DNA of 64,000 nucleotides from a virus: IMG/VR virus record IMGVR_UViG_3300034062_002027; one strand, 5' to 3'. Shown piece by piece: positions 25,341 to 34,309 of this stretch (position 1 is its first letter; each line of letters starts with the position of its first letter). The notes under the pieces were generated by a model. It saw only the letters and a program-made list of their open reading frames with translations, ran no database searches and was not told where the DNA came from. The position numbers and the translations under genes were made by a program.

Positions 25341-25609
25341 TGACCGACATGGAAATACTGCAATTAGCAGATCAGTGTGGCGTCGTTGCCGTGACCAAAC
25401 ACGAGTGGGATGGGAAAAAATTCAACCATACCAATGACCAATTGGACGGGGATGGCGCGGCTTTAATTGTTTTTGCAAGACAGTTGATTCAACGCCAGTG
25501 GATCGGCCTCACGGATGAGGAAGTGGGTGATTTGTCTGATTTTGCTTACGCCAACGATGAAGAGTTTGTGCGCAATGTAGAAGCCAGGATTAAGGAGAAG
25601 CAAGCATGA
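25337..25609 (+). CDS. hypothetical protein
   Basis: 90 aa with a GGAGAA SD and an ATGA overlap. Confidence 0.6.
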   Translation: MMTDMEILQLADQCGVVAVTKHEWDGKKFNHTNDQLDGDGAALIVFARQLIQRQWIGLTDEEVGDLSDFAYANDEEFVRNVEARIKEKQA

Positions 25610-25851
25610 CCCTTGAGGAGCTGCAAAAGATTCCGCTGCAATACACCTTCGGCTACAGCGCCGAGGGCCATGCCCTGCGCCAGTACATCAGCGATGACAA
25701 CCTGATTGCCAAGCAGGTCTACACCCCTCGGAACAAGAAGACGGGCGAGTGGGGCAACGGCGAGACTACGTTTAAGCTGACAGACACCAACGAAGAGTTC
25801 GACACCCTCCAAGGGCTGTTGGACGCCATCAACGCAAGGGAGAAGGCATGA
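25606..25851 (+). CDS. hypothetical protein
   Basis: 81 aa with an AGGAGAAG SD and an ATGA overlap. Confidence 0.6.
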   Translation: MTLEELQKIPLQYTFGYSAEGHALRQYISDDNLIAKQVYTPRNKKTGEWGNGETTFKLTDTNEEFDTLQGLLDAINAREKA

Positions 25852-26033
25852 AAGAAGATGACGACGACATTCAAGACTACGTGACCGCAAGGGACAGGAT
25901 TCTGGCGACAACGATGCGTCAAGTTGTACGCAACGAGACTCTGGAGGAGGTTGCCCGAGAGTTTGACAAGATGAAGTCTCTTGGTGACACCGCCGCATCC
26001 TTTGCGGCATATGTGAGGAACATGAAGAAATGA
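25848..26033 (+). CDS. hypothetical protein
   Basis: 61 aa with a GGGAGAAGG SD and an ATGA overlap. Confidence 0.55.
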   Translation: MKEDDDDIQDYVTARDRILATTMRQVVRNETLEEVAREFDKMKSLGDTAASFAAYVRNMKK

Positions 26034-26239
26034 AAAAAGAAATCAAGGCATGGGCCATCAAAGCCAGAGGGCGCAGCTTCTACCAAGACACCTATGGCAT
26101 TCCCTTTCTGTATCCAACGCGCCGTCTTGCAGCGGAACAAGCCGATAGGATTGCGGACTGGAAGAACAGGAACCCGATGAACAGAAGCCGATCAACCGAA
26201 GTAGTCCGCGTCAGAGTACGCATAGAGGAGATAACATGA
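26030..26239 (+). CDS. hypothetical protein
   Basis: 69 aa with a GAGGAA SD and an ATGA overlap. Confidence 0.55.
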   Translation: MKKEIKAWAIKARGRSFYQDTYGIPFLYPTRRLAAEQADRIADWKNRNPMNRSRSTEVVRVRVRIEEIT

Positions 26240-26285
26240 TCGACGTATACCCAACCCGCATTGAGGCTGTAGACGAGGAAAAGAA

Positions 26286-26477
26286 ATGAACCCGTTTGAA
26301 TGGAAGAAAGACCCACGCCCAAGCATCTTTATGAAGGATGCTGCGTTTAAACCAAGAGCCGCGCAGACCTACGCTCACCTGACTCCAGCGGAAAACTTGG
26401 TGGCTTACAAAGCCTTCAGTATCCACAGTCGGGCGCACCCGAAAACCAAGCCAAGTTTAAACAAGCACGAAATTTGA
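26286..26477 (+). CDS. hypothetical protein
   Basis: 63 aa with a GAGGAAAAG SD. Confidence 0.55.
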   Translation: MNPFEWKKDPRPSIFMKDAAFKPRAAQTYAHLTPAENLVAYKAFSIHSRAHPKTKPSLNKHEI

Positions 26478-26488
26478 AAGGATTTATC

Positions 26489-26812
26489 ATGCAAGAAGAT
26501 TTGTTTAGCGCATCAGAGAAGGGCTATGCCGCTGCACAAGCATCGGCTGAACGAGCCGACCGCGAGATTGATGATTGGACACTGAAGGCTGTGGCCTTGT
26601 TTTCCGAATACGCAGTAAAGGCGCAGTCTCCATTCCTCACGGAGGAGGCCCGGGTGTTTGCCGAGTCCCATGGACTGCCAAGCCCCCCGGATGGTCGAGC
26701 TTGGGGGCACATAGCCAAGCGCTGCCAACGCGACGGCACAATCATCTCTGCTGGCTTTGGAGCAGCCAAATCATCCAACGGATCACCCAAAGTTTTGTGG
26801 AAAAGAAAATGA
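26489..26812 (+). CDS. hypothetical protein
   Basis: ATG at 26489 (AAAGGA SD). 107 aa. Confidence 0.6.
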   Translation: MQEDLFSASEKGYAAAQASAERADREIDDWTLKAVALFSEYAVKAQSPFLTEEARVFAESHGLPSPPDGRAWGHIAKRCQRDGTIISAGFGAAKSSNGSPKVLWKRK

Positions 26813-26997
26813 ACACAAACAAGATGCAGGAGTTTCTAGGGAAAGAATCTGTGGAAAACGATGAAGGCTGGTCGGAAGAAGTCTGGGGTGCTGGATACAA
26901 AGCTGCGGTAGCCGATGCAATCGATATGTTTAAATCTCTTGGCAGGGTTCCCTTTGCGGCGGATGAGGTGGTCACGCAGCTTGAGAAGCTTAAGTGA
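26809..26997 (+). CDS. hypothetical protein
   Basis: ATG at 26809 (ATGA overlap). 62 aa. Confidence 0.55.
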   Translation: MNTNKMQEFLGKESVENDEGWSEEVWGAGYKAAVADAIDMFKSLGRVPFAADEVVTQLEKLK

Positions 26998-27230
26998 GAT
27001 GCCCCGAGTGCGGGACAAAGGTCTTTGACGTTCTGGAGACTCGAACCAGAAAGAAAGACGGAGTTGTTGTCAGGCGCAAAGAATGCGGCAACGGCCACAG
27101 ATTCACAACCGAGGAGAGAATAGTTGTATCGAAACCAAAAGCTATTAGAAGCAGTGAGGAGCTGTCCCTGTCAGGCGTGTGGAGCGCAAGACGGTACGGT
27201 GGTGGCGGCTCACTCGAACCAACTGATTGA
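26994..27230 (+). CDS. NrdR-like zinc-ribbon protein
   Basis: GTG start with a GTGA overlap. MRCPECGTKVFDVLETRTRKKDGVVVRRKECGNGHRFTTEE resembles the NrdR N-terminal zinc ribbon. The last ~35 codons overlap the next gene. Confidence 0.5.
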   Translation: MRCPECGTKVFDVLETRTRKKDGVVVRRKECGNGHRFTTEERIVVSKPKAIRSSEELSLSGVWSARRYGGGGSLEPTD

Positions 27231-27414
27231 CGGCAAGGGCAGAGGCCTCAAGGCCCATGACTACCGGATAGCAGCCCTGTGCTACCGGTGTCATGCCGAG
27301 TTGGACCAAGGATCAAAGATGTCTAAGCAAGAGCGTGTAAACATGTTCAATGAAGCCCATCGGTCAACGATAGGCTGGCTCTTCGAGAACAACATCATTG
27401 GGCTTGTGCGATAG
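27124..27414 (+). CDS. DUF1364-like Cys/His protein (YbcO-like)
   Basis: TTG start 4 nt after GAGGAGAG. It contains CPCQACGAQDGTVVAAHSN...GKG...K..D...ALCYRCHAELD. Confidence 0.55.
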   Translation: MYRNQKLLEAVRSCPCQACGAQDGTVVAAHSNQLIDGKGRGLKAHDYRIAALCYRCHAELDQGSKMSKQERVNMFNEAHRSTIGWLFENNIIGLVR

Positions 27415-30400
27415 CCTTTTTGATCTCTTGGATGTTTGAGGTGATTGCGCTTTCCACTCGGCTGATTTCCAGCAGGGAGTCCCGCTTCTCATCTGCGGTC
27501 ATCGTGGATGCCCTAATGGCTACCCGCATCTCCCGCAGGTCTGTCATGGTCTTCTCGGTGTCCCGAACATAGTCCTTGAATGCCAGAGTGCCTTGGTTCT
27601 TAATCAGGTACTCCGTGTATTCTTCGGGCTGGTCGGTCTTCTCGAGCAGGTTCATGGTCCTGACGGTCGTGTCCACTGCGTCCTTGAGTTCGTAGTACTG
27701 CGTCACAAACCCACGGGCCTCTGGATCAGAGGCAAACCTCTTGATGACGGGAAGCTGCTCAAACCTTTTGCTGGGCTTTGGGCTGTCCCCGAACTGATCC
27801 ATCACGATGTCGATGGTGTCAATCGCGTACATGCCGATTGTCCCCGTGTAGCCCTTGATGATGTGATCTACCTTCATGGGTGACAGGCCCAAGTTCTGAG
27901 CAAGCAGCTTGGCAAAGTTGGATGTGCTTGGCCCAACCTGAAACTCTGGCTCAATGTCCTTCATGCCCTGCCCGAGGATCGGACGCATCGTGAACATGTT
28001 GTAGTCAACGTACGCCTCGAGTATTGGCTTGACGGTCTGCGGGATTGGGTTGAAAGCAAACGTCGAGACTGCGGCCCTTATCATGGACTTCTGCAAGTCC
28101 TCACCCGTGTCATTGCCGAATGAGTAGGCCATGATCCGCTCGGGGATCACCTTGAACAACACACCCACCTCGAACGGGATTGGAATCTTTGCGCCAATGG
28201 CGGGGATGATCCAGTTGTTGTCCTTGGTCTCTTGCTCCTGCTTCTTGTACTCCTCGTCATCCGAGACCAGCATCCAGTACAGACCCGACAGGGCCATCAT
28301 GGTCATGCCACGCGCAAAGAACTGGCGCTGGATAGATTCAGCGTCCTTGTTGTTCATGTTGCCTGTGGAGGCGCGGTAGAACAAATCCAGACCCTGTAGA
28401 CGGGCGTTGAAGAACGGAACGGCGGCGGTCAGCACCCGGATCAAGGGAGAGCTTCCCTTGCGGTGGAAGTTCATCACCTCCAGAGATCGGTACAGGGCCT
28501 CTGCCTCGTTGCCCGTGTCGGCCAGAACACGCTCATAGATCAAGGCGCGGGTAGCTGCATCGGAGGCTGTTGTGCCTTTACCCAGAGCGTCCCAGACGGA
28601 TGTAAACGGGCGAAGATAGATTGGGTCTTTCTTGCCTGCTTTCTTGGCCAAGTCGTCTTCCAGTTTAAACCCGGACTGCTCGATGTTCTCGCTGAACTCG
28701 TAGCCGCCAATGATGCCAGCGTCCAGCATCGCCTCGAAGCCGGGAGACTTGCGTGCAAGCCCTTTGCCGAAATTGATGACCGTACCTGCGATGGGCGTCA
28801 TCTTTGTGCCCGAAGTCACCCACGCAGACAGTGAGTCACGCATCATGTTTGCCATCATGAACCCCGGCTCCTTGGTCACCAAGTTACGCAGGAGGTCGGC
28901 TGGCGCAGACAGGAAGCCCATGAAGGGCAGCTCTGACTGGTTCAGGCTCATCATGGCGTTTACAAGCAATGGGTCCGGCGTGCGGTAGGAGACAAGGTTT
29001 CCCTTCTCCAGCACGTTAATGATGTCAGGCCCATCCTCTTTTGTATTTAAACGTACAGCGCCCATACCCGGTGCTTGGACCTGCACCGCCACGTCAAGCG
29101 CTCTTTGAGCTGCGTAGTTCTTGATGCCAGCCTGAATGGAGGACTGAGTGTTACGCACCATCGTCTCGAGGAAGTCTGCCAGCGGGGCTTCATCAGCAAC
29201 GGCTCCCTTGAGCTTCTTCGGTGGCTTAACCCCAGACAGAGACTGGAACAGGTTTGGCCCGAGGGTCTTGTCCCCGTCCATCTGACGATAGAAGGGGATG
29301 TAGTCGGCGTACTTGGTATATATCTGGCCGCGCTCTTTGGAAAGAACACCCGTGTCCACCATGTACTGAACCAGCCCGTTGTTGAAGGCAATCAGGTCTT
29401 TCTGAACGCTGACAAATTCAGGGTGCTTCTGCTCAAGAATCTTTGCAAAGGCCACGTCGGCGCTATCGATACCGGTCAGCGTGCCTTGTTTGTTTAAACG
29501 TTGTCCACGCTTAACCATCGCCCAGTATTGATAACGCTGGTAGACCGCTGGATCACCACGCTCAGCCAAAGGAGCAAGAGAGGCGATCAAGCCTTTGACT
29601 CTCTTGTCGATGGTGGTGATGCCGTTACGCAGGACAGGGATGCCGCCGTTGCGATCATCAAAGCCCATGGCAGAAGCCGCAACACCAGCGCCAAGGTCAG
29701 ACATCAACGCAGCAGACTCTGCGCTCTGATCTGCAAGGAGGGCAGCCCCGCCCATTTGCTCTGCCCTCTTCTTGTCATAGACAGACATCTGGTTGTAGCG
29801 GTTGAGGTACTTCGCACGGAAGTCGGCAGCGCTGGCTGGCGTGATGGCATCAACAATGTTCTGGATGACAGTCTTGCGTTCGCGCCTTGATGTGGTCTCA
29901 CCCATCCGGTCCTGAAGATTCTGCGGGATGGTTGGCAAGCTGAACCGCATGTCCTTGGACTCGCGGCTGAAGTCACCAATGTTGCCAGTGATGGACTTGA
30001 CCTGCTCTGCTTTAAACACAGCGAGGTTCTTCTCACCACCCTCATTGACGAAGAAAGAATCAAAGCCCAAAGCCTTGATGGCGTCTTGAACCTGCTTGTC
30101 CTCAATGTTTTCCCAGTGGCCTTGATTAAAGAACGCAGGCTGCTTGCCTTTGAGTGTCTTGTCCCCGGCCATTCTGTTCATGACCTGCTGCACATGTTCG
30201 GGGTTTTCGTAGTCAAACGGCGTCTCGGCTCTCACCCAAAGCGGGTACACGTTTACAGACTCACCCTTTTCAGCACGCCTGCCGCCATAACGCTCAGCCT
30301 CTTCTGCGCTTGGGCTGACAAAGATTGGCTTGTTCTCGCGGAACTGCGTAAATATGTCTTGCGATCCATGAAACATTGGGACTGCGCGGCCCTCGTCCAT

Positions 30401-33400
30401 GATAGTGCTGCCACCAAAGAAGAGCTTGAACTCTCTGGTTGATGGCGGGGCCTTGTCGTAAGCTGCGTCTTCAGCTTCCTTGGCAGTTGGAAAGCTGGTG
30501 CGTAGGCTTAGCTTTGCGCCTTTGGTAGGCTCTCCACCAGCTTCTTGAGTGTCAGATATCTCTGATCGGGATTCATCCCCACGGTCAGCTCTTTTATCGA
30601 AGACCACACTTGGTCTTGCTCGTCCAGAACCCTGATCGGCTTGGGCGATGATTGCTTCTTCGTATCCGATGTCATCTGCTTTTCTCCCGCTAAGTTTTTC
30701 ATACAAGCGTTTCTCATAGTACCAAAGAGCGGCTTGAATGTCAGCCAAACTTAAGTTGATGTTTTCTTTGCGCAACAAGGCCTGAGCCTTGCGTGCTGCG
30801 TCGTACATAAACTTTCTGTCGGTTGCTGTAAACGGAGCCTCCTCCAGCATTTCAAACTCGTTTTTGTAAATGGTGTTAGCCATCTTTTCGAGGTTGTGTT
30901 CAAACAGCAATTGCTCGTAGGCATCACCAGCCACTTCCTCTGCCTTCTTAAACCAAGCTGGCTTGGCATCTTTGGTGGCTGGCTCTTTGGCTCCGGCCAA
31001 ATGCTCAAGTTCACTGTTCCAGCCGTACTCCTCATACTTGTTGCGCAGAGGAATGGTGGCTGCAGCAACCTCATCACGGGTTGCATCAGGCGCTTCCATC
31101 ATGTCGCGGAACTTACTGATGGACGCCTCTGTGGCTTTAGGAATAAGCAAGCCGCGCATACGGTTGATGGATCGTGTCCACCACAGGTCCATCGTCAGGT
31201 AGCCCTCGGAACCAGACAAGTTGGCGTAGAAAGCACCAAGCTTGGGGCCGAAGTAAACCGCTGCCGCCGGAACGACTGTGTTGGCAAGATAGCTGCCATC
31301 AGCTTTCTCACCCATCTCCCGCAGACGGGCGTTCATTTCTTTAACGGTGATCTCTTGAAGTAAAACTTTCTCAAAGTTCTCGCCGTGGTCGGCCATCAAG
31401 TTTTCAATGACCTTAAGGTTGTTCTCGAGTGCAGTGGCCCGTCGGTTGCCCATTGCAACCAAAGGCTTGCCCTTGCGGAGTTCGCTGTAAAGCTTGATGG
31501 CGTTGTCAATATTCTTGGCAACACGCTCCCCGTTGGAAGTCACGGCCACAATCGCAGAAAAAACTGACCGAGCATATTTGCTTGTGCTCAACTCAGGGAA
31601 ACGCTTGCCCAAACGTTTAACGGCGTTTGGATAGTTGTTGGAATACCAACCTAAACCTGTACCAGTCTTGGAGGATGTCTGTAACTGGTAGGCAACCTCG
31701 TCGGCAATCGCTTCCGCAATTCTTGTGGACTCGTCTTGAGTCAGCTTGTTGCGATCCATCGCGCCAAGCTGGTCCAAGGTCTGTTGGTTCAGAGCCTTGG
31801 CAATGTCCCGGACGTTGTTAAAACGACCGCGCTTGGCTTCGGTGTTTAAACCAATATCTTGCTGCGCCACGGCAGTCTGGTTCTCCATGAGCTTGCGCGT
31901 GGACATCGGGACGCCTTCACCCGCAAGGCTGTACTTGGCTTTAGGAGTCTCTTTGGTAGGCTCCTCTTTAGCTTGTACCGCTGGCCCTTTCTCGGCAGGT
32001 TCTTTTGCCTTGACGGGTTCTTTTGGCTCAGCCTTGGGTTCAGCCTTTACTTCAGCCTTTGGCTTGCGGGACTTCAACTCGCCACGCTCAACACGCTGGA
32101 ACACATCATCCGCAGACTCAAAGCCTGCACCACGCAGAGCTTGGCCGAAGTTCAGGAAGAAGTTCTTGAGCTTCTTAAACAGGGCCGCAATCATGCCGGG
32201 GGGCGGCGTAGCGCCCCTGTCGTAAGCCCCGAAGGCATCGGCAATAGCTTCCTCAACAATCGCCTCCTGCGTGTACCCCAGCCTCTTGTAGGCATCCAGA
32301 CGGCTCATGCTCTGTGGCTTGCCGTCCACCTCAATCACAGACTGTTGATCTTGCAGGTACTCCTTGATCCACTGCTTGTTTGCACGCTCAGTCAGAGCCT
32401 TCCATTGCTGCGGGGTGAAGAACTGCAAGTCCTTCAGCGCATGCAGGGATTCATGGCGCATTGTCTGGATTGGGGCGTCCCCCCTCAAGGAGATGTCAAT
32501 CAGTCTATCCAGAGAGCTATATCTGCCGCCTGCGTCGTTCTCAATCTTTGCAACAACGTTTAAACCCACATCTTGCAGGCCAAACTTAGCCAGCATGGGC
32601 GTTAACGTATTTTTAAGTTGCGTAACGCGGTCGTCGGTCTTTGCTTGTGCCTGCTGCTCAGCTTGTTTAAACGTCTCGGGCTCGATCTCCCGGAGCTTTG
32701 TCTCGGCGTCTTGCAACGTTGGAAATGCGCCAATCTCTTGGTCGCCACGCCTTACAACGTAGTCACTCTGCACATCGGTGCGAGAGCCAACAGGCGCGAC
32801 GGTTAGGGGGGTGGAGTAGCTGGCGATCCGGTCGTTAAGTTCCGCAACCTGCTGGGCAGCCTCCTCCTCTCGCTGGAGCAGAGCTTCTCTACTTTGCACA
32901 TATTGGTCGGTGTCTGTCTGGCCTGTGGCCTCCAGAACATCCAGCTTGCGCCGCTCAGCAAGGATTTCTTTGTCGATCTTGTCGGACTCAGCAAGCAAAC
33001 GGGCTTGCTCTTCAGCGCGAATCTCTGTCAGGGTCTGAAGCTTGGCTTGCGCCTCTTCCTGCGTTTTAACGGTGCTCAAAGGCTTGTCTGCGCCTTCAGG
33101 GAAGATGCCATAAGACTCAGGCACATCCTGACGAGACAACTCTCTGCGGGTTGCTGTGTAGCCACCGGGGAACTCTGTGGGAGCTTCTGGCTCTTTAACC
33201 TCTACAGGCTTGGTCTCGCCAAACCCTTTGCGGAACTCTGCCTCTTCCTGTTTGAATGCGTCAACCTCCTTGGCAGCTTGTTCTGATTCACTGCGCCGTG
33301 GTGCAAGCGCTCCAGCAGCGCCGCCAATGCCAGCAGCACCAAGCGTAGCCATTGCCGCAGTTTCTCCAGTACCGGCCAACAACTCCCGATCAAGTCCAGC

Positions 33401-34306
33401 TTGTCGCGCAGCAACGTTTTGCGCAATACGACCGCCAACTTCTTCGATGTTCTCGCTGGGAATTTCTTTAAGAGCAGTTACAGCGCCCGAGCCAATGCGG
33501 CTTCCGGTAATTTTTTTGCCAGCCAAAATTTCTTCAAGAGCCTTGCCGCCGGGGAGGTATCGGTTTGCCAAGACGGATAGTCCGTAGCCAGTCAAACCAG
33601 CAGCGCGTGCCTTGTTAATTGTCTCGGCAGCAGCTTGCTCTTCAGACATGCCTTTGGCGCGAAGCTCGCCGTAGATTTCGTCATATGACCCTGCGCCTAT
33701 GTCTGAGCCCTGCATGACAGCGTTAGTTTGAACGGCGGCAGTGGTTCCAGCCTTGGCTCCAGCACTCTTGCCTGCGGCAGCGGCAGCTTCTTTGGTAGCA
33801 CCCTTTGCCAAAGCGGCAGCAGAGGCTCGTCCAGCGGTCAAGGCGGCAGTAGCACCGCCGGTCAAAATCATTGGGAGAATGTTTGGAACTTGCTCGGCAA
33901 TGAAAGATGTAAACAAAGCCGGGTCAGTGATGGTTTCACCAAAGCCAGCTTTAAACGCAGAAAACTGACCTTCCTTCTCTGCTTCTTGTACCTTGGCAGC
34001 ACGCTCAGCTTCACGGGCCTTCAAACCCGCAGACTTCATCTCTTCGCCGTATTTGGCAATATCTTCCCCGAGGCCCAATGCGCCAGTCTTGGAGAAGTTG
34101 CCTGTAGCTAAGCCGTAAAGCTGGCCGGGAAGCTGAACAAGAGAGCCAGCGCCAGACACAAGTCCAGCGCCAACATCTTTAAAAGCTTCGCCAACCGTGC
34201 GCTCTTTGGAAGCGGGTGCTGCGGGTGGTTGAGCAATCTTGTCTTGGCTCCACCACTCGTTTTTATCCTTAACGATGGTGTCTTTTTCCCAGAAGTTATC
34301 AGCCAT
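27395..34306 (-). CDS. giant polyvalent internal virion/ejection protein (2303 aa) with zincin-like and ART-like modules
   Basis: It has an Ala/Gly-rich N-terminus and coiled coils. HESLH is encoded at 32441-32455, in the context IQTMRHESLHALKDLQFFTP. An ART-like module at about 29975-30427 reads KLFFGGST...VPMFHGSQDIFTQF...IFVSPSAEEAERYG...VYPLWVR...AVFK. A ~900-aa C-terminal region resembles those seen in podovirus core proteins. Confidence 0.7.
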   Translation of the reverse strand: MADNFWEKDTIVKDKNEWWSQDKIAQPPAAPASKERTVGEAFKDVGAGLVSGAGSLVQLPGQLYGLATGNFSKTGALGLGEDIAKYGEEMKSAGLKAREAERAAKVQEAEKEGQFSAFKAGFGETITDPALFTSFIAEQVPNILPMILTGGATAALTAGRASAAALAKGATKEAAAAAGKSAGAKAGTTAAVQTNAVMQGSDIGAGSYDEIYGELRAKGMSEEQAAAETINKARAAGLTGYGLSVLANRYLPGGKALEEILAGKKITGSRIGSGAVTALKEIPSENIEEVGGRIAQNVAARQAGLDRELLAGTGETAAMATLGAAGIGGAAGALAPRRSESEQAAKEVDAFKQEEAEFRKGFGETKPVEVKEPEAPTEFPGGYTATRRELSRQDVPESYGIFPEGADKPLSTVKTQEEAQAKLQTLTEIRAEEQARLLAESDKIDKEILAERRKLDVLEATGQTDTDQYVQSREALLQREEEAAQQVAELNDRIASYSTPLTVAPVGSRTDVQSDYVVRRGDQEIGAFPTLQDAETKLREIEPETFKQAEQQAQAKTDDRVTQLKNTLTPMLAKFGLQDVGLNVVAKIENDAGGRYSSLDRLIDISLRGDAPIQTMRHESLHALKDLQFFTPQQWKALTERANKQWIKEYLQDQQSVIEVDGKPQSMSRLDAYKRLGYTQEAIVEEAIADAFGAYDRGATPPPGMIAALFKKLKNFFLNFGQALRGAGFESADDVFQRVERGELKSRKPKAEVKAEPKAEPKEPVKAKEPAEKGPAVQAKEEPTKETPKAKYSLAGEGVPMSTRKLMENQTAVAQQDIGLNTEAKRGRFNNVRDIAKALNQQTLDQLGAMDRNKLTQDESTRIAEAIADEVAYQLQTSSKTGTGLGWYSNNYPNAVKRLGKRFPELSTSKYARSVFSAIVAVTSNGERVAKNIDNAIKLYSELRKGKPLVAMGNRRATALENNLKVIENLMADHGENFEKVLLQEITVKEMNARLREMGEKADGSYLANTVVPAAAVYFGPKLGAFYANLSGSEGYLTMDLWWTRSINRMRGLLIPKATEASISKFRDMMEAPDATRDEVAAATIPLRNKYEEYGWNSELEHLAGAKEPATKDAKPAWFKKAEEVAGDAYEQLLFEHNLEKMANTIYKNEFEMLEEAPFTATDRKFMYDAARKAQALLRKENINLSLADIQAALWYYEKRLYEKLSGRKADDIGYEEAIIAQADQGSGRARPSVVFDKRADRGDESRSEISDTQEAGGEPTKGAKLSLRTSFPTAKEAEDAAYDKAPPSTREFKLFFGGSTIMDEGRAVPMFHGSQDIFTQFRENKPIFVSPSAEEAERYGGRRAEKGESVNVYPLWVRAETPFDYENPEHVQQVMNRMAGDKTLKGKQPAFFNQGHWENIEDKQVQDAIKALGFDSFFVNEGGEKNLAVFKAEQVKSITGNIGDFSRESKDMRFSLPTIPQNLQDRMGETTSRRERKTVIQNIVDAITPASAADFRAKYLNRYNQMSVYDKKRAEQMGGAALLADQSAESAALMSDLGAGVAASAMGFDDRNGGIPVLRNGITTIDKRVKGLIASLAPLAERGDPAVYQRYQYWAMVKRGQRLNKQGTLTGIDSADVAFAKILEQKHPEFVSVQKDLIAFNNGLVQYMVDTGVLSKERGQIYTKYADYIPFYRQMDGDKTLGPNLFQSLSGVKPPKKLKGAVADEAPLADFLETMVRNTQSSIQAGIKNYAAQRALDVAVQVQAPGMGAVRLNTKEDGPDIINVLEKGNLVSYRTPDPLLVNAMMSLNQSELPFMGFLSAPADLLRNLVTKEPGFMMANMMRDSLSAWVTSGTKMTPIAGTVINFGKGLARKSPGFEAMLDAGIIGGYEFSENIEQSGFKLEDDLAKKAGKKDPIYLRPFTSVWDALGKGTTASDAATRALIYERVLADTGNEAEALYRSLEVMNFHRKGSSPLIRVLTAAVPFFNARLQGLDLFYRASTGNMNNKDAESIQRQFFARGMTMMALSGLYWMLVSDDEEYKKQEQETKDNNWIIPAIGAKIPIPFEVGVLFKVIPERIMAYSFGNDTGEDLQKSMIRAAVSTFAFNPIPQTVKPILEAYVDYNMFTMRPILGQGMKDIEPEFQVGPSTSNFAKLLAQNLGLSPMKVDHIIKGYTGTIGMYAIDTIDIVMDQFGDSPKPSKRFEQLPVIKRFASDPEARGFVTQYYELKDAVDTTVRTMNLLEKTDQPEEYTEYLIKNQGTLAFKDYVRDTEKTMTDLREMRVAIRASTMTADEKRDSLLEISRVESAITSNIQEIKKAIAQAQ

Positions 34307-34309
34307 GAC

